NCBI GenBank assembly: GCA_951406725.2
Contig: OX597827.1
Span: forward strand, 37,138,001 to 37,202,000
Reading direction: 5' to 3'
Source of the DNA: Octopus vulgaris
Taxonomy: Eukaryota
Length of the DNA stretch: 64,000 nucleotides
The translations under genes and the position numbers were made by a program. Under the pieces are notes generated by a model, which ran no database searches, was not told the origin of the DNA, and was given only the letters and a program-made list of their open reading frames with translations. Of the stretch, positions 1-12,634 are shown one piece after another (position 1 is the stretch's first letter; the number at the start of each line of letters is the position of its first letter).

Positions 1-105
1 TTTACGAAAAATAACTCCTGGGGTTGATTTGCTTGACTAAACACTTCTTGGTGCTAACCCAGCATAGCTGAAGTGCTACGACTGAAGCAAGTAAATGGAA
101 AAGTG
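1..105 (+). mobile_element. 3' end of SINE family A (degenerate)
   Basis: Matches the 3' part of the intact copies at 1416-1940 and 40603-41018 (..ctggggttgatttgcttgactaa..ggtgct..cagcat..actgaagcaagtaaa). Confidence 0.6.
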
Positions 106-1415
106 AAAGCTATATATATATATATATATAGTGAGAGAGAGAAAGAGAGGCAAATGTTAATGTGTACACACATATGTACATATACCTATGTAGTTTATAT
201 ATATATATATATATATATACACATACACATACATACATATACACTATATACATTTATAGTGGGTTGTGTATGCGTATACATATATACACTCAGTGTATCT
301 ACAAGCACACTCTCAATTGTAGACATACATACTACAAAGCTGAATGTATTTTGATTTTCAGTGTTCTTTGATATTCTTATCGTGTGAGAGAATTCTGGTT
401 TTACTGTTAAATTAACTAAGTGAGCACTGCAGTGCCAGGCTTCCTGGTTCCTTGAAATGTCTAAATTAGCTTCTGAGAAATATCAAATCCAATGATGTGG
501 TTATTACCTGTTTAAAACAATCTACAGCCTATTCTCTGCATCTTTTTCTTACTCTAAAAATGGTAAGACAGTAAAGCTGTTGATCAGCTACAGCATCTTT
601 TCCATTTCAGCCTCTTACCATTTCTGCCATAATATGGAACCAATCAATATGGTCACAGATTGCCATTAACCTTTACTGAAGCACTTTGTTGTAATGGCTG
701 TATCTATAGGTATTGGCTGTCTCCATGGTTAATGTTTTGGGATTCAAGACCAAATTTCATGGCTTGAAAATTTCCTGTGATGCCGCTGCTGCTGTTATTT
801 CTTTTTTCTGTTTTTGTTGTTGTTGTTTTCATTAACTCACACACATCAAACAGATTTATTGCACAGTTTCTAAGCAGCAAATGGTTCTTTTCTCTTACCA
901 TCAAATTACCGTTGACGTGATGACTGTTTCATCTTTATACTAATGCTATATTAAACACGTATATTGAACATGTATATTGCCACAATATATACTTGTGGTG
1001 TTTACATGTGATGTTGATGTTGTTAAACCCCAGGTCAGCACTGAGTAAGCAGATTTAATGGTCAAAGGCACACCAGTTGTGACCCCTTTGTTTCTCATTT
1101 TTTTCTCAAACCGTATTTATTTTTTTTTAGGAAACCAAGAGATGTGATTGAGACTCCCTTCTCAGCTCATGGTCCCTTATGTTTTTCAAAGATAGTGGGA
1201 ATATTTATGATTCAGATTCCATATCATTTCAACTATCTGTGACAATAATGTTTTTGCTTCTTTTCATTATTTTTTTCATGAAATAATCAAGACAGAAAAG
1301 ATAACGACTCTTTTAAAAACCATTCCAGAATGTTGAGATTGATAGATATGGCTGATGTATTCAGTACAAACATAGAGCTATTGTTCAGTGTATAATATTG
1401 TATATATTACAATAA

Positions 1416-1574
1416 GTACAGGAGTGGCTGTGTGGTAAGTAGCTTGCTTACCAACCACATGGTTCTGTGTTCAGTTCCACTGTGTGGCACCCTGGGCAAG
1501 TGTCTTCTACTATAGCCTCAGGCCAACCAAAGCCTTGTGAGTCGATGTGGTAGACGGAAACTGAAAGAAGCCTG

Positions 1575-1630
<56 letters not shown>

Positions 1631-1663
1631 GTATATTATATTATATATATGTATATGTATATG

Positions 1664-1715
<52 letters not shown>

Positions 1716-1940
1716 TATATGTATGTATGTATATGTTTGTGTGTCCGTGTATGGCCTCACCAACATCACTTGACAACCAATGCTGGTGTGTTTACGTCCC
1801 CATAACTTAGTGGTTCAGCAAAATAGACCAATAGAATAAGTACTAGGCTTACAAAAAATAAGTTCTGGGGTCAATTTGTTTGACTAAAGGCGGTGCTCTA
1901 GCATGGCTGCAGTCAAATGGCTGAAACAAATAAAAGAATA
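1416..1940 (+). mobile_element. tRNA-derived SINE family A, full length, with expanded internal (TA)n
   Basis: Head ggagtggctgtgtggtaag (A box) and gttcagttcc (B-box-like); CORE-like ctgggcaagtgtcttc; 3' end ..ctgaaacaaataaaaga; several other copies in the window. Confidence 0.85.
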
Positions 1941-2349
1941 TAATACATATATATAATACAGTATATATAATACAACAATCATCAGCATCATCATTTAACA
2001 TCCATTTTTCCATGCTGGCAGCCTATGACCTATAAGATTAGAACTCAAGAATGTTATGTAACTAAATAAATTTTAGGGAGGTGAGCTGAAGAACTGAATT
2101 TCAAAACTGGAAGAGCTGTGCTCCCAGAGAACACTTTGTGACAGTTGAAGAGACTGTAGCTCCTCCATGAAGAAATGGTGCCACAATATTTCAAGGCTGG
2201 CTGCTTGAATTATGTATGCAATCTTTGCCAGTATGTTGCCTCTGTTTCTGTCTACACATTTCCACTCACAAAGTTTAGGCTGTAAATGACAATTGCCAAA
2301 GATGCAACATAGCAAACTTAAATATAGGACCTTATGATTGCAAAGTGAA

Positions 2350-2380
<31 letters not shown>

Positions 2381-2583
2381 GTGAAGTTGTAAGAGTAAAT
2401 ATATGTTAACATACATACATACATACACATACATACATGAATATGCTTCTATATTTATGTATAATCATGTAAATGTGCATTAACATATACATATGCACAT
2501 GCTCATGCAACATATACAGGCATGCACTTGCACACACACATGCACACATGCACTCATACACACATGCACACATACACACACAG

Positions 2584-2630
<47 letters not shown>

Positions 2631-2659
2631 TATGATACAAAGGACCTCCATATATATTC

Positions 2660-3820
2660 CTCAGCCTACTCTCTATTTTGTACTCTCTGTTACAGCCTTG
2701 ACTCATACAGAGAGCTTCCATCTTTCTGTATTACTATCAGGCAAACTGATCTGTTTTTTTCTTATGTTACTTTGTCCATTTTACGGTTTGGTGCTTTAGC
2801 TGGTTTTCAAACTGAGACCAAAGTACATGACACAACCATTTCCATATCCTACATTATATATTTATATATACTCTTCATTACATCAATCTCTATATGTCTT
2901 CATTTCTCACAAAATTGGGCCATTTCGCCCTCAAAGATTCTTTGCAATACTTTATTTTCAGGCTCTAAAACATTTATCGTTATTTTGTCTTCCCTGCTAT
3001 GGCTCTTGTCCATATATTAAAATATTTTTATTTGTGACATCTGCATTTTCAAACAATTTGCCAATCTATGATTGCCATATATTTAAAAGCAATCCCATTG
3101 TTTGAATTCTTTAATCTCCTTTTAAATTCATATTCTAAAGACCCATTACTTTCTATAAAACTTCTAAGGTATTCCAATAAATTTATTCTTCTAATATGTT
3201 CCCATTCGAGGACACATTTCTTTTATTCTTTGGTTCAGCCTTCATAATTTTAGTTGATATTGATATTTAAGCCCATACTATTTGCTTTCTTCTTTCTGCA
3301 TTGCTATCATGCAAACAGTTCTGTTTTTATCCTTCTGTTACTTTGTTCATTTTACGGTTTGGTGTTTTAGCTGGTTTTCAAACTGAGACCAATGTACATG
3401 ACACAACCATTTCCATATCCTACATTATATATTTATATATACTCTTCATTACATCAGGTTGTATACCATTTATTGCATTTTTTAATGTTCCTTTTCTAAA
3501 TAAACAAAGCAATGTCATCTGCATAATCTAAATCACCAAATACTCTTATAAATCTATTCAGTTCCTCTTTCACCTCTGATTGTTTCCTTTATGATGTATT
3601 TTATTAGAACAACAAACTAGAGAGATGATAGAACAACTTGCAGCACTCCACTCCCAACTTTATTTTAGAGCTGTCTATGCTTACATGACATTCATTTCCC
3701 CATTATTTTGCACACATTAGTTTAACACACTTTTCCTGCAAGCCATACTAACATAGTACTTTCCAAGCTGTTAGTCTATCCACACTATCAAAGGCATTTT
3801 CAAAGTCTGAAAAACCTATT
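2660..3820 (-). mobile_element. Decayed RTE-like LINE reverse transcriptase fragment
   Basis: Minus-strand translation gives DFENAFDSVDR (~3780-3810), SGVLQ (~3640) and GDLDYADDI (~3512-3538); many stops and frameshifts. Confidence 0.7.
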
Positions 3821-3964
3821 TTGTTTGTTTGCTTGTCAGTTTGTTTATGTGTATGTGCATGCACTCACGTTTTTACGCATGCATGGATTTTACTTTTTCT
3901 TCCTTTTAATTTACAGTTAATTTTCATTGGCCACCAGCATTATCACAAGAACATTTTGTTCATC

Positions 3965-4190
3965 GTCCTTTAAATCTTAAGGTCTTGCAAATTTGTATTG
4001 TCAGAGATATTGCGATCATTTGTAGTGTATGAATTAAGGATTTGCATTCTCTGCCCAAAATTCCAAGTACAGCCATACTTTGCTCCAGACAGGTTGGTAT
4101 ATGTCCTGTTGCCCCAATAATAATAGGTATGAAGCTAAAAGTGTGTTGTGGTTATTGGGTTAGCAGACACCATAACAATGGACCATATCA
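3965..4190 (-). mobile_element. C-terminal fragment of an R4/Dong-like (REL endonuclease) non-LTR retrotransposon
   Basis: Minus strand reads FIPIIIGATGHIPTCLEQSMAVLG..LQMIAISLTIQICKTL, resembling the R4-clade terminus (IP.VIGALG..P..L) and the copy at 50757-52075. Confidence 0.55.
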
Positions 4191-4389
4191 GTGTGAACAC
4201 AAACATAGATTTCTTTACCCAGATTTTAAATGGTATGTAATGTGTTTAATAATTTGATTAATTCAAATAAATTTTACAGAACTATAACTGGAGCAAGATA
4301 TGAGTGATAGAACTTTGAAAACAGGACATTCCTCAGATAATGAGCATGACGCATCAGATAAGAAGAAGGTTAGATGGGCATCATATGAA

Positions 4390-5340
4390 AGGAAACTTCT
4401 GCAAAAATTGTGCAATGAAAAGTTTTCTAGTTGGTTGGAGCCTAGGCAAGAATGATACAGCCAAAGGCAAATGCATATTATGCAAGTGTGAAATTACTGG
4501 TAGTTTGAGCCAAATTTTATGATATGAGCAGACAGAAAAACACTGCAAGAATGCAAATGAAGCAAATAAAGCTAAACAGTTGACTAATTATTTTGAGACC
4601 TCATCGTTTTCTTCACATTCCAAGAAAGTAGCAGCAGCTGAATTAAAATACTGAGCATTTGTTGCTGAGCATAATCTCCCAATTTCTATTTTGGATCACT
4701 TACCTGGCCTTGTTGTAAACACCTGTCCAGATTCTAAAATCCCCCAGGATGCAAAGTGTGCCCAAACGAAAGGCATATACATATTTCTTAAAGCCATGAG
4801 CCCCTATGGCTTCAATGCTTTATTAAAAAAACTTCATTCATCAAAATTCTCACTCGTTATTGTTGAAACAACTGATGTTTCAACACTAAAGCAACTTGTC
4901 ATGGTTTCCAAATATTATGATGTTGAAATTCAAAAGACAGTCGATGATTTTCTTACACTTATAGTAATAGAGGATTGCAGTGCTACAGGTATATACAACT
5001 GTCTTCTATCATTTTCAAGTGATCACGCTATTCCTCTGGAAAATTTGATAAGTTTCACCTGTGATAATGCAAATGTCATGATGGGAAGCAAAGGAGGTGT
5101 TCAGCACTTGTTGAAGCAGAACAGGCCAGATCTTTTTGTGCAAGCCTATGTTTGTCATTCTTTATACTTATGTTCATCAAACGCATGCAATGAATTATCG
5201 AATTCTGTCGAAGAATTGACAAGAAGTATTTATGCACACTTTAGTCAGTCCTAAGTGAATCAATGAATTCAAAGGTATGCAAAAAATAGCTTGAATTGAT
5301 CCTCACAAAATCCTGCATGCAAGTTGCACTAGATGGGTTG
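4390..5340 (+). pseudogene. hAT-superfamily transposase remnant (BED finger plus catalytic domain N-half)
   Basis: CILCKCEI..EKH (BED-like), AAAELK*AFVAEHNLP, FSLVIVETTDVS, DNANVMMG, YVCHSL.L, HKILHASCTRW; in-frame stops and frameshifts; ORF 4691-5254 is the longest piece. Confidence 0.85.
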
Positions 5341-5486
5341 TTTGTTTGCATACTTCATGTTGCTTACACAGTTGGTGACATCCTGTACCCATATATGCAT
5401 ATATATGTGTGTATATATATATACATACATACACACATATATTTATATATATCTTTATATATATATATAAATATATATATATATTT

Positions 5487-5535
<49 letters not shown>

Positions 5536-5740
5536 ATGTAGGAGTTTTTCATCAAATGATGTAATACATATGGGGACTCAGTTTGGTTTACCACTAAAAC
5601 TCTGGCTGGAATTGCAACTGGAAAATGTGGTGCTTAAATTTCTTATCAAAGGTTGCTAGAAGTGGTTTCTCCTTGAACAAGTTAATATAGACTAAAATAG
5701 AAAATGAAAAAGTAAAACATTTGGCATCACATTTAATTTA

Positions 5741-5860
5741 AAGGGACCAATAGAATAAGTACTAGGCTTACAAAGAAAAAGTCCTGGGGGTCGATTTGCT
5801 CGACTAAAGGTGGTGCTCCAGCATGGCCACAGTCAAATGACTGAAACAAGTAAAAGAGTA
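5741..5860 (+). mobile_element. SINE family A 3' fragment
   Basis: gaccaatagaataagtactaggcttacaaag..gactgaaacaagtaaaagagta, matching other copies. Confidence 0.8.
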
Positions 5861-6614
5861 GTTAGGATTAATATGCAAAATCTCTCACAGCTGTTTCTAG
5901 AATAGCCATGCATGTGGATCGTAATATTGAGTAAGGATTCCACATGAGTAGATTGTTATCAGAGAAAGAGAGAGAGGGAGAGAGAGAAGTATGAAAATAA
6001 AGTTACAGATAAAAAATAGTCTGTTAGCAGTTCTATTGGTTAAGATTCAATGATAATCCATGGTAAAAGATAATGGAAATTACTAGTTCCATTTTTGTAT
6101 AGAGTGAATTCACTCTCTTATTCCATTATCTTTTGCCATGGATTATCATTGAATCTTCACCTATGGAACTGCTATCAGACTATTTCTACCTATAACTTCA
6201 TTAATTCTTTGATTATGGAACTACCAAACACATATACTTTACATTCTGGTCTATCCTTCATTCCTCAATCTGGAAACAACTAATATCCTCAACAGAGGAT
6301 ATTCTTCATTTCCATATTTTTTTATTTCTCTCTCCTCTCTCCCCAATGATGGAATATTTAGCTTATATGGAATCCTTCCTCAATATCATGATCCACAGAT
6401 TTTACATATTCATCATAACTACTTTGCATGATGTTTATATTCATTTTTTAAAATTAAATTTTTTCAAACGATGCCAAATATTTTGTTTTTTCATTTTCTT
6501 CTTTAATCTATATATACACATATATATTTACACTTGTGTGTGTGTGGGGGGGAGCATGTATGTACATATATGTGTGGGTGTATATCTATATATATATGTG
6601 TAGGTGTGTGGATA

Positions 6615-7010
6615 TATATATATATATATATAAAGCTGAAGTTGTCTGTGTGTGGCAGGTTTGGTAGCCTTCAACTAGTGCTATCTCCTCCAAGACCCTG
6701 AGGTGCAAGTTGACCAAAATTAAGAGTATGATAGAAGAAGGCTTACTCTTCATTCCGTAGAAGATAAGATTCAAATCGGACCATGTTAAAACCAAAAATT
6801 ACTTACATCAAAAAGGTGCTTTTTTTCCTATGAAAATCCCTATTTTTTACGATTTTTTTACTGCTGTGTCGCCATTTTTCGGTGTATTTCAACCAGAAAA
6901 ATGTTCACTTAAAGAGAATAACAAGCTACATAATGCAAAATTTTTACTTTTCAAATATTCCAATTGTAAAGGGTTGAAACAAACCCAAGTAACGCCAGGC
7001 GATACTGCTA

Positions 7011-7011
<1 letters not shown>
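6615..7011 (+). mobile_element. Non-autonomous Helitron-like element
   Basis: Starts in (TA)n-taaa; ends with an imperfect GC hairpin (acccaagtaacgccaggc) then CTAG at 7008-7011 followed by T, the canonical Helitron 3' end. Confidence 0.6.
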
Positions 7012-7057
<46 letters not shown>

Positions 7058-7091
7058 TGTATGTATGTGTATACACAAATATAAATGTGTG

Positions 7092-7372
7092 TGTGCATGA
7101 CCTAGTGGTTTGGATGTTGCACTCATTATTGCTAGATTGTGGGTTCAAATAGCAGACTGGGTGTTATGTCTTTGAGCGAAAAACACTTCAATGCACATTG
7201 ATCTAGTCCATTTAGCTGTAAATGGGTAACCATGCAGCAGAAAGGCCTTCCAATCAGGGGAATTTGGCCTGCTTGTCTAGCCAATATGGTGGCATCATTA
7301 AAAAGTTAGAACAATACAAAGCACATTGTGATCAGTGATGTATAACAATATCCAATAGTCTGGCTGATTCCA
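7092..7372 (+). mobile_element. Degenerate tRNA-derived SINE family D
   Basis: Head gcatgacctagtggtt..gggttcaaat; tail gcattgtga..gatgt..aaca..gatagtctgg shared with 47175-47483. Confidence 0.6.
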
Positions 7373-7432
7373 TGATATTGCATGCATATATGTGTGTATG
7401 TGTGCATATATATATATATATATATGTATGTA

Positions 7433-8110
7433 TCACCTAACGGGATACAGTCATGGATCAGATCTAATTTCGATTCACTAAAAAAAGGATGACGTATTTC
7501 TTCCATGGCCAAACTGTCGTTCCGCTTGGATGGTTTCCTAACAGGATATATTCGTTGAGACTGGGTTTTGATTGGTTTGGAACTATATGACGTCAGTGAA
7601 AAGTGCAAGTGAGGCAGCTAAGCTGAGCTGATATAAACCTAAACAATCACAAAATTCACCAAAACTATACGAACAGACACCAACCAAAAATCATTACAGT
7701 TGCTCCCATTGGAACACAAGGTAAAACCTAAAATGAACTCCTCGCTTTTTCAAGAACAGGAATTTTTTATATTTGACTCTATTGAATGCATGTCACAATT
7801 ATGAACTACTACATCATACTCTTTAAACATATAGCATGGACTTGCTTTATTATATATGAATTTTTTATATTTGACTCTATTGAATATTATATATGAATTT
7901 TTTATATTTGACTCTATTGAATATATGTCACAATTATGAACTATTACATCATACTCTTTAAACATATAGCATGAACTCGCTTTTTTATATATAATTTTTT
8001 TTGATAAGGTTCGTCATTTCAAGAACCGAAACATGTTAAATAAATAATGTATATATAAAAATGAAAATTTGTCTAATATAGCAGCATTTTCAAACTTCAT
8101 TTTTTACAAA
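7433..8110 (+). mobile_element. Penelope-like terminal repeat (pLTR-like) remnant with internal tandem duplications and a hammerhead motif
   Basis: Bounded by (TA)n; three copies of gaattttttatatttgactctattgaat; hammerhead at 8001-8040; CCAAT/CRE/TATA-like motifs at 7570-7637. The Penelope assignment is inferred from the hammerhead. Confidence 0.55.
7995..8046 (+). ncRNA. Minimal type-I hammerhead ribozyme motif, U3:A8 variant
   Basis: ttt-TTGATAA-ggttc(gtcatttcaa)gaacc-GAAA-catg-T-T-aaa: perfect 5-bp stem II, palindromic CATG loop on a 1-bp stem III, weak A/U stem I. Confidence 0.7.
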
Positions 8111-8131
8111 TATATATATATATATATATAT

Positions 8132-9043
8132 TGTTACGGACCACCCTCGCTTGGTCGAACGGAGAATTCGCCACACAGAGAGGACTCGGTGGGGATGGCA
8201 GCGAAGTCGGCGACCGGAGATAACAACAACAAACAGTAGGAAGAGACACAGAGAGAGACGGAAGGCAATTGGCTACATTTAAACACAGTTTATGACAATC
8301 ATTACAACATCAAATACAATGTGATACATCAGGTACATCAAAGTAAATACAAGCAACAGAATCAACAGCATGCAGATGCAATATACAGTCCAGAGACAAT
8401 AGTTCGAATCCAATTAAAACAAATAAGTTCAGATCAAATAATGTTCACGTCACAACAATTCACGCTACAGTTCAAAGTCCTTCAAAGTCTTTACAATCTC
8501 ATTTCTTTAGCACTGTTCTTTATAACACATCAACAAGTCCTTTACTCAATTCACATTGTTCAATTCTTTTACATAAGTAACACAACTCAATAATCAACAC
8601 ATACCGTACAACAGCCAATGCCTCACACCGTAGTCCTATCTGCCTCAGGCCGTAATCCCGTCTGCCTGTCTTTCTCGACGCTGTCACTGTCACTCTCTCC
8701 CTAGTCCTGTAATACTATCTGTCTGTCCTCCTCTACGCTGTCACTATCTAACCTGTCATCTCTCATGATTGTGTGTCTGTCTTTCTCTGCGCTTCCTTCG
8801 TAATCGCATCTGCCTTGTTACTACCTCAATTTCTCCGGCTGGACTCATCTCAGATTCACAGCTCCTGCTTTTATAAGGTAGTTTCTTTGACCCTTCCTTG
8901 ACCGGCAAAAGGGGAGGGGTCTTTCCAAAAGCCATCACTCTTTCGTGAATCCGACAGAACAAAGGACAATAACTTTACATTGTAGACTTCCAGTCTCCAA
9001 GCCAACCAAAGTAGGTCAAGAAGTACTGTCCCTGAACTGAACA
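8132..9043 (-). mobile_element. Putative solo LTR
   Basis: Sharp GC-richer block starting TGTT and ending AACA between microsatellites; TATAAAA on the minus strand near 8870; no clear TSD. Confidence 0.45.
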
Positions 9044-9280
9044 TACGAATGTATGTGTATGTATATCTGTGTATGTCTATGCATATGTATGTATTGATAT
9101 ATGTATGCATACACATATATATGTATGCATATAAATATATGTGTATGTACATGTATATGTCTGTGTGTGTGTATGTTTGCATTTGTATATTCATATATAT
9201 ATATATAAGTATATGTGTTTATATGTATGTATATGTGTGAGTATGTATATATATATATGCACATGCACACACACATATAT

Positions 9281-9535
9281 CATCATCATCATCATCATCA
9301 TTTAACGTCTGTTTTCCATGCTAGCATGGGTTGGACGATTCGATCGGGGTCTGGTAAGCCATGGAAGCTGCACCAGGCTCTAGTCTGATTTGGCAGTGTT
9401 TCTACAGCTGGATGCCCTTCCTAACGCCAACCACTCCATGAGTGTAGTGGGTGTTTTTTACGTGCCACTGGCACAGGGGCCAGAGCGGCCACGATCAGTT
9501 GGTGCTTTTTATGTGCCACCAACATGGACGCCAGT
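9281..9535 (-). mobile_element. RTE LINE 3' UTR (family B), 5'-truncated
   Basis: (GAT)n tail on the minus strand; ggaagggcatccagctgtagaaac block; ~60-bp repeat units; identity with the 20545-21262 copy that joins the RTE ORF end. Confidence 0.85.
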
Positions 9536-9540
9536 GTATA

Positions 9541-9611
<71 letters not shown>

Positions 9612-9622
9612 ATATATATATA

Positions 9623-9683
<61 letters not shown>
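9536..9683. repeat. (TA)n/(TG)n compound microsatellite
   Basis: Directly visible. Confidence 0.95.
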
Positions 9684-9685
<2 letters not shown>

Positions 9686-10169
9686 CACACACATACATAC
9701 ATATATATTATATGTATGCACATGTATAATGTATGTCTGTGAATATATATGTATATATCTGTGTTTATACATGTATGTTTAAATGTGTGCGTACACTCAG
9801 ACATGCACATATGTCTGCATAATATCTCCAGATGCAACTGTAGCTGGTTATTATGTCTAATATTGTTTACACATGAAACTGAAATATCCAATTAACTTGA
9901 CATAATTGGATATTAAGTATGTTGCGATGAGTATAATAAAGTGTTTGTCTGTTGTATGGCCACACTAAGGAGATGTCACAACTTCATTTAACACTCAATT
10001 TATAATGGTGAATCAATGCAAACTTCCCATAATTCATTATTTCTGAATGTTGCTTCATAGTAGCGGTTGTATCTCTTTATCTGCAGATGTTAGGGAAATA
10101 TGCTGGTTATGCCAAGTAGAGAAGTCTAAAAGATATATCTAGATATGCATATGTGTACATATATACATA

Positions 10170-10290
10170 GATGCAAGCATGGCTGTGTGGTAAGAAGCTT
10201 GTTTCCCAATCACATGGTTGAAGGTTCAGTTCCACTGCATAGCATCTTGGGCAAGTGTCTTCTCCCTTGAGTTGACTAAAACCTTGTGCA

Positions 10291-10342
<52 letters not shown>

Positions 10343-10538
10343 TGTGTGTGTCTTTGTGTCTGTGTTTGTCCTCACCATTGCTTGACACCTGGTGCAGGTT
10401 TGTTTTCGTCCTGATCACTTAGTGGTTTGGCACAAGAGACTGATAGATATAAGTACTGGGGTCAATACATTCAACTAAAAACTCTTGAAGGTAGTGCCCC
10501 AGCTTGGCTGCAATCTAATGATTGAAACACATAAAAGC
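10170..10538 (+). mobile_element. SINE family A (diverged; internal (TG)n)
   Basis: gcatggctgtgtggtaagaagc..atcttgggcaagtgtcttc..tgaaacacataaaag. Confidence 0.8.
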
Positions 10539-10545
10539 AAGATGT

Positions 10546-10730
10546 ATCATCATCATCATCATCATCATTTAATGTTCATGTTCCATTCTGGCATGGATTA
10601 GTTAGTTTGACAGGATTCGAAGGTGTCCAAAGAATGCATCACACTTCTGTGTCTGCTTTGGTATAATATCTATGGTTGGATTGCAACTACTTTATAATAT
10701 GTACTGGGTGTTTTCTTGTGCCATGCAACT
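10546..10730 (-). mobile_element. Old RTE 3' UTR (family B-related) fragment
   Basis: (CAT)n followed by tttaatgttcatgttccattctggcatgg, a diverged version of the family B end. Confidence 0.5.
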
Positions 10731-11261
10731 TGCAATACTATGAAGCCTGGTGGGGCAGCTTTGTGCTTGGAGAAATGTGGTTAGAATTTTTGAAACTTCT
10801 TGACAACCTTCCCTCCCACTTCCAAAGTGATTTTGTTCAATTTTATTTTTTTAGCATTACTCACTTAAAAACAATGTGGGGATGCCTTTCCAGTAAGAAA
10901 AAAAAACTGAAAATTTATTAATTTTTTCAACCTCCTCCCCCTCCCCCACTCAATAATGATTTTAGCATATTTTTATAGGAAAAGACGTGAAGGTTAAAAA
11001 AAAAGCAAAAATCTTTGGCTCATGTCAAACTGTCCCACCCAAGCCAGCATGGAAGGCGGACATTAAACTATGATGATGATGTTAACTTCCTTATCTCCAT
11101 TTTCTTTTCTTTTTTTAACTGGATATAAACTATATGCTTAATATATACTTATTGTTTTAAGGGAATTTCATTCCCCCAAAATACTAGGTATTGAGCCAGT
11201 ATTTCCTTGGATGCAACCATCCCTTCACAAAGTTAATATATCCTCTCTCTCTCTCTCTCTC

Positions 11262-11650
11262 TCTTTTACTTGTTTCAGTCATTTGACTGAAGCCATGCTG
11301 GAGCACCACCTTTAGTCAAGCAAATCGACCCCGTGACTTATTCATTGTAAGCCCAGTACTTATTCTATCGGTCTCTTTTGCCGAACCGCTAAGTGATGGG
11401 GACATAAACACACCAGCATCGGTTGTCAAGCAATGCTAGGGGGACAAACACAGACACAGACACACACACATATATATATATATATATACATATATACGAC
11501 AGGCTTCTTTCAGCTTCCGTCTACCAAATCCACTCACAAGGCATTGGTCGGCCCGGGGCTATAGCAGAAGACACTTGCCCAAGATGCCACGCAGTGGGAC
11601 TGAACCCGGAACCATGTGGCTGGTTAGCAAGCTACTTACCACACAGCCAT
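11262..11650 (-). mobile_element. SINE family A, near full length
   Basis: Highly similar to 40603-41018 in the same orientation. Confidence 0.9.
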
Positions 11651-11793
11651 TTAATCCTCTGATTAAATTTTATATATATATTGGAAAATGTGTGAAATGC
11701 TTGGTTCAGTTAGGTATTTTGTTTTGTTTTTGTTTTTGTTTTTCCAGTTTCAGCTTTTTTTTTGAGCTGTGGCCATGCTGGGGCACCGCCATT

Positions 11794-11953
11794 GTGGTGA
11801 AAGAGTACAGCAGGGATCACCACCCCCTGCCGGAGCCTCGTAGAGCTTTTAGGTGTTTTTTCGCTCAATAAACACACACAACGCCCGGTCTGAGAATCGA
11901 AACCGCGATCCTGCGACCGCGAGTCCGCTGCCCTAACCACTAGGCCATTGCGC
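11794..11953 (-). mobile_element. tRNA-derived SINE family D, 5' half
   Basis: Reverse complement gcgcaatggcctagtggttagggcagcggactcgcggtcgcaggatcgcggtttcgattctc matches 47175 onward. Confidence 0.85.
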
Positions 11954-12031
11954 ATATAGGTATATTTGAAAAAGGAAAAGAATGACTTCACTGGTAGTTC
12001 TCATCAATTTAATATTTTAATAATATAATCT

Positions 12032-12079
<48 letters not shown>

Positions 12080-12625
12080 CAGTCATATCAAAGGGAAATG
12101 GAAATTAATAGAAATTTTCACTTCCAGTGGCCTAGCGTGTAAAAATTTAGTCCAAAGACTATGTATTACTCATAAAATACTCATAAAAATACTCACTGGA
12201 AGTGAAAATTTCTATTAATTTCCATTTCCCTTCGAAATGATTAAGTATTATAAGTTTTTGGATAATTTTCGAATTTTGAAAGTTGGCATTTTTTTATTGT
12301 TGATGAGGAGCTGCGCCTGCGCAGTAGATTTGAAAAATTTAGGCTGTATAAACAAGGGATATATTTGATTGCCTCATGTTTATATATTTAATCTGAGGTG
12401 TACCCATTGATAATGATTTCACCTAGCAAATTATCTTATTTGCTAAGCTAAAATCAGAAACCAATTGGTCCAGGAAACTAGATGGTAAAAGTTTATATTT
12501 TTCATTTCATTCCTTTCGGAATTTTATTCTGAATTTTGTGGTTTTAGAACCTAGCTGTTCTTTCTAGCATGATGAATCCTATGAGTGGATTCCTCTTATT
12601 TATATAAATGTACACTGTATTTGAT
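12080..12625 (+). mobile_element. Penelope-like terminal remnant with 39-bp inverted repeat and hammerhead motif(s)
   Basis: IR arms 12091-12129 and 12194-12232; hammerhead-like 12407-12470; bounded by (TA)n. Confidence 0.55.
12400..12478 (+). ncRNA. Hammerhead-like motif, U3:A8 variant, long stem II, stem I degenerate
   Basis: TTGATAA-tgattt..tagcaaat/atttgcta..aaatca-GAAA-ccaattgg-TC: palindromic stem III and GUC cleavage triplet; stem I pairs poorly. Confidence 0.55.
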
Positions 12626-12634
12626 ATATATATA

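Noticed and set aside
6205-6290. DYGTT peptide resembling the preceding SorCS exon (STDYGTT)
   Set aside because: In-frame stop just upstream, no AG acceptor or donor, and no further similarity.
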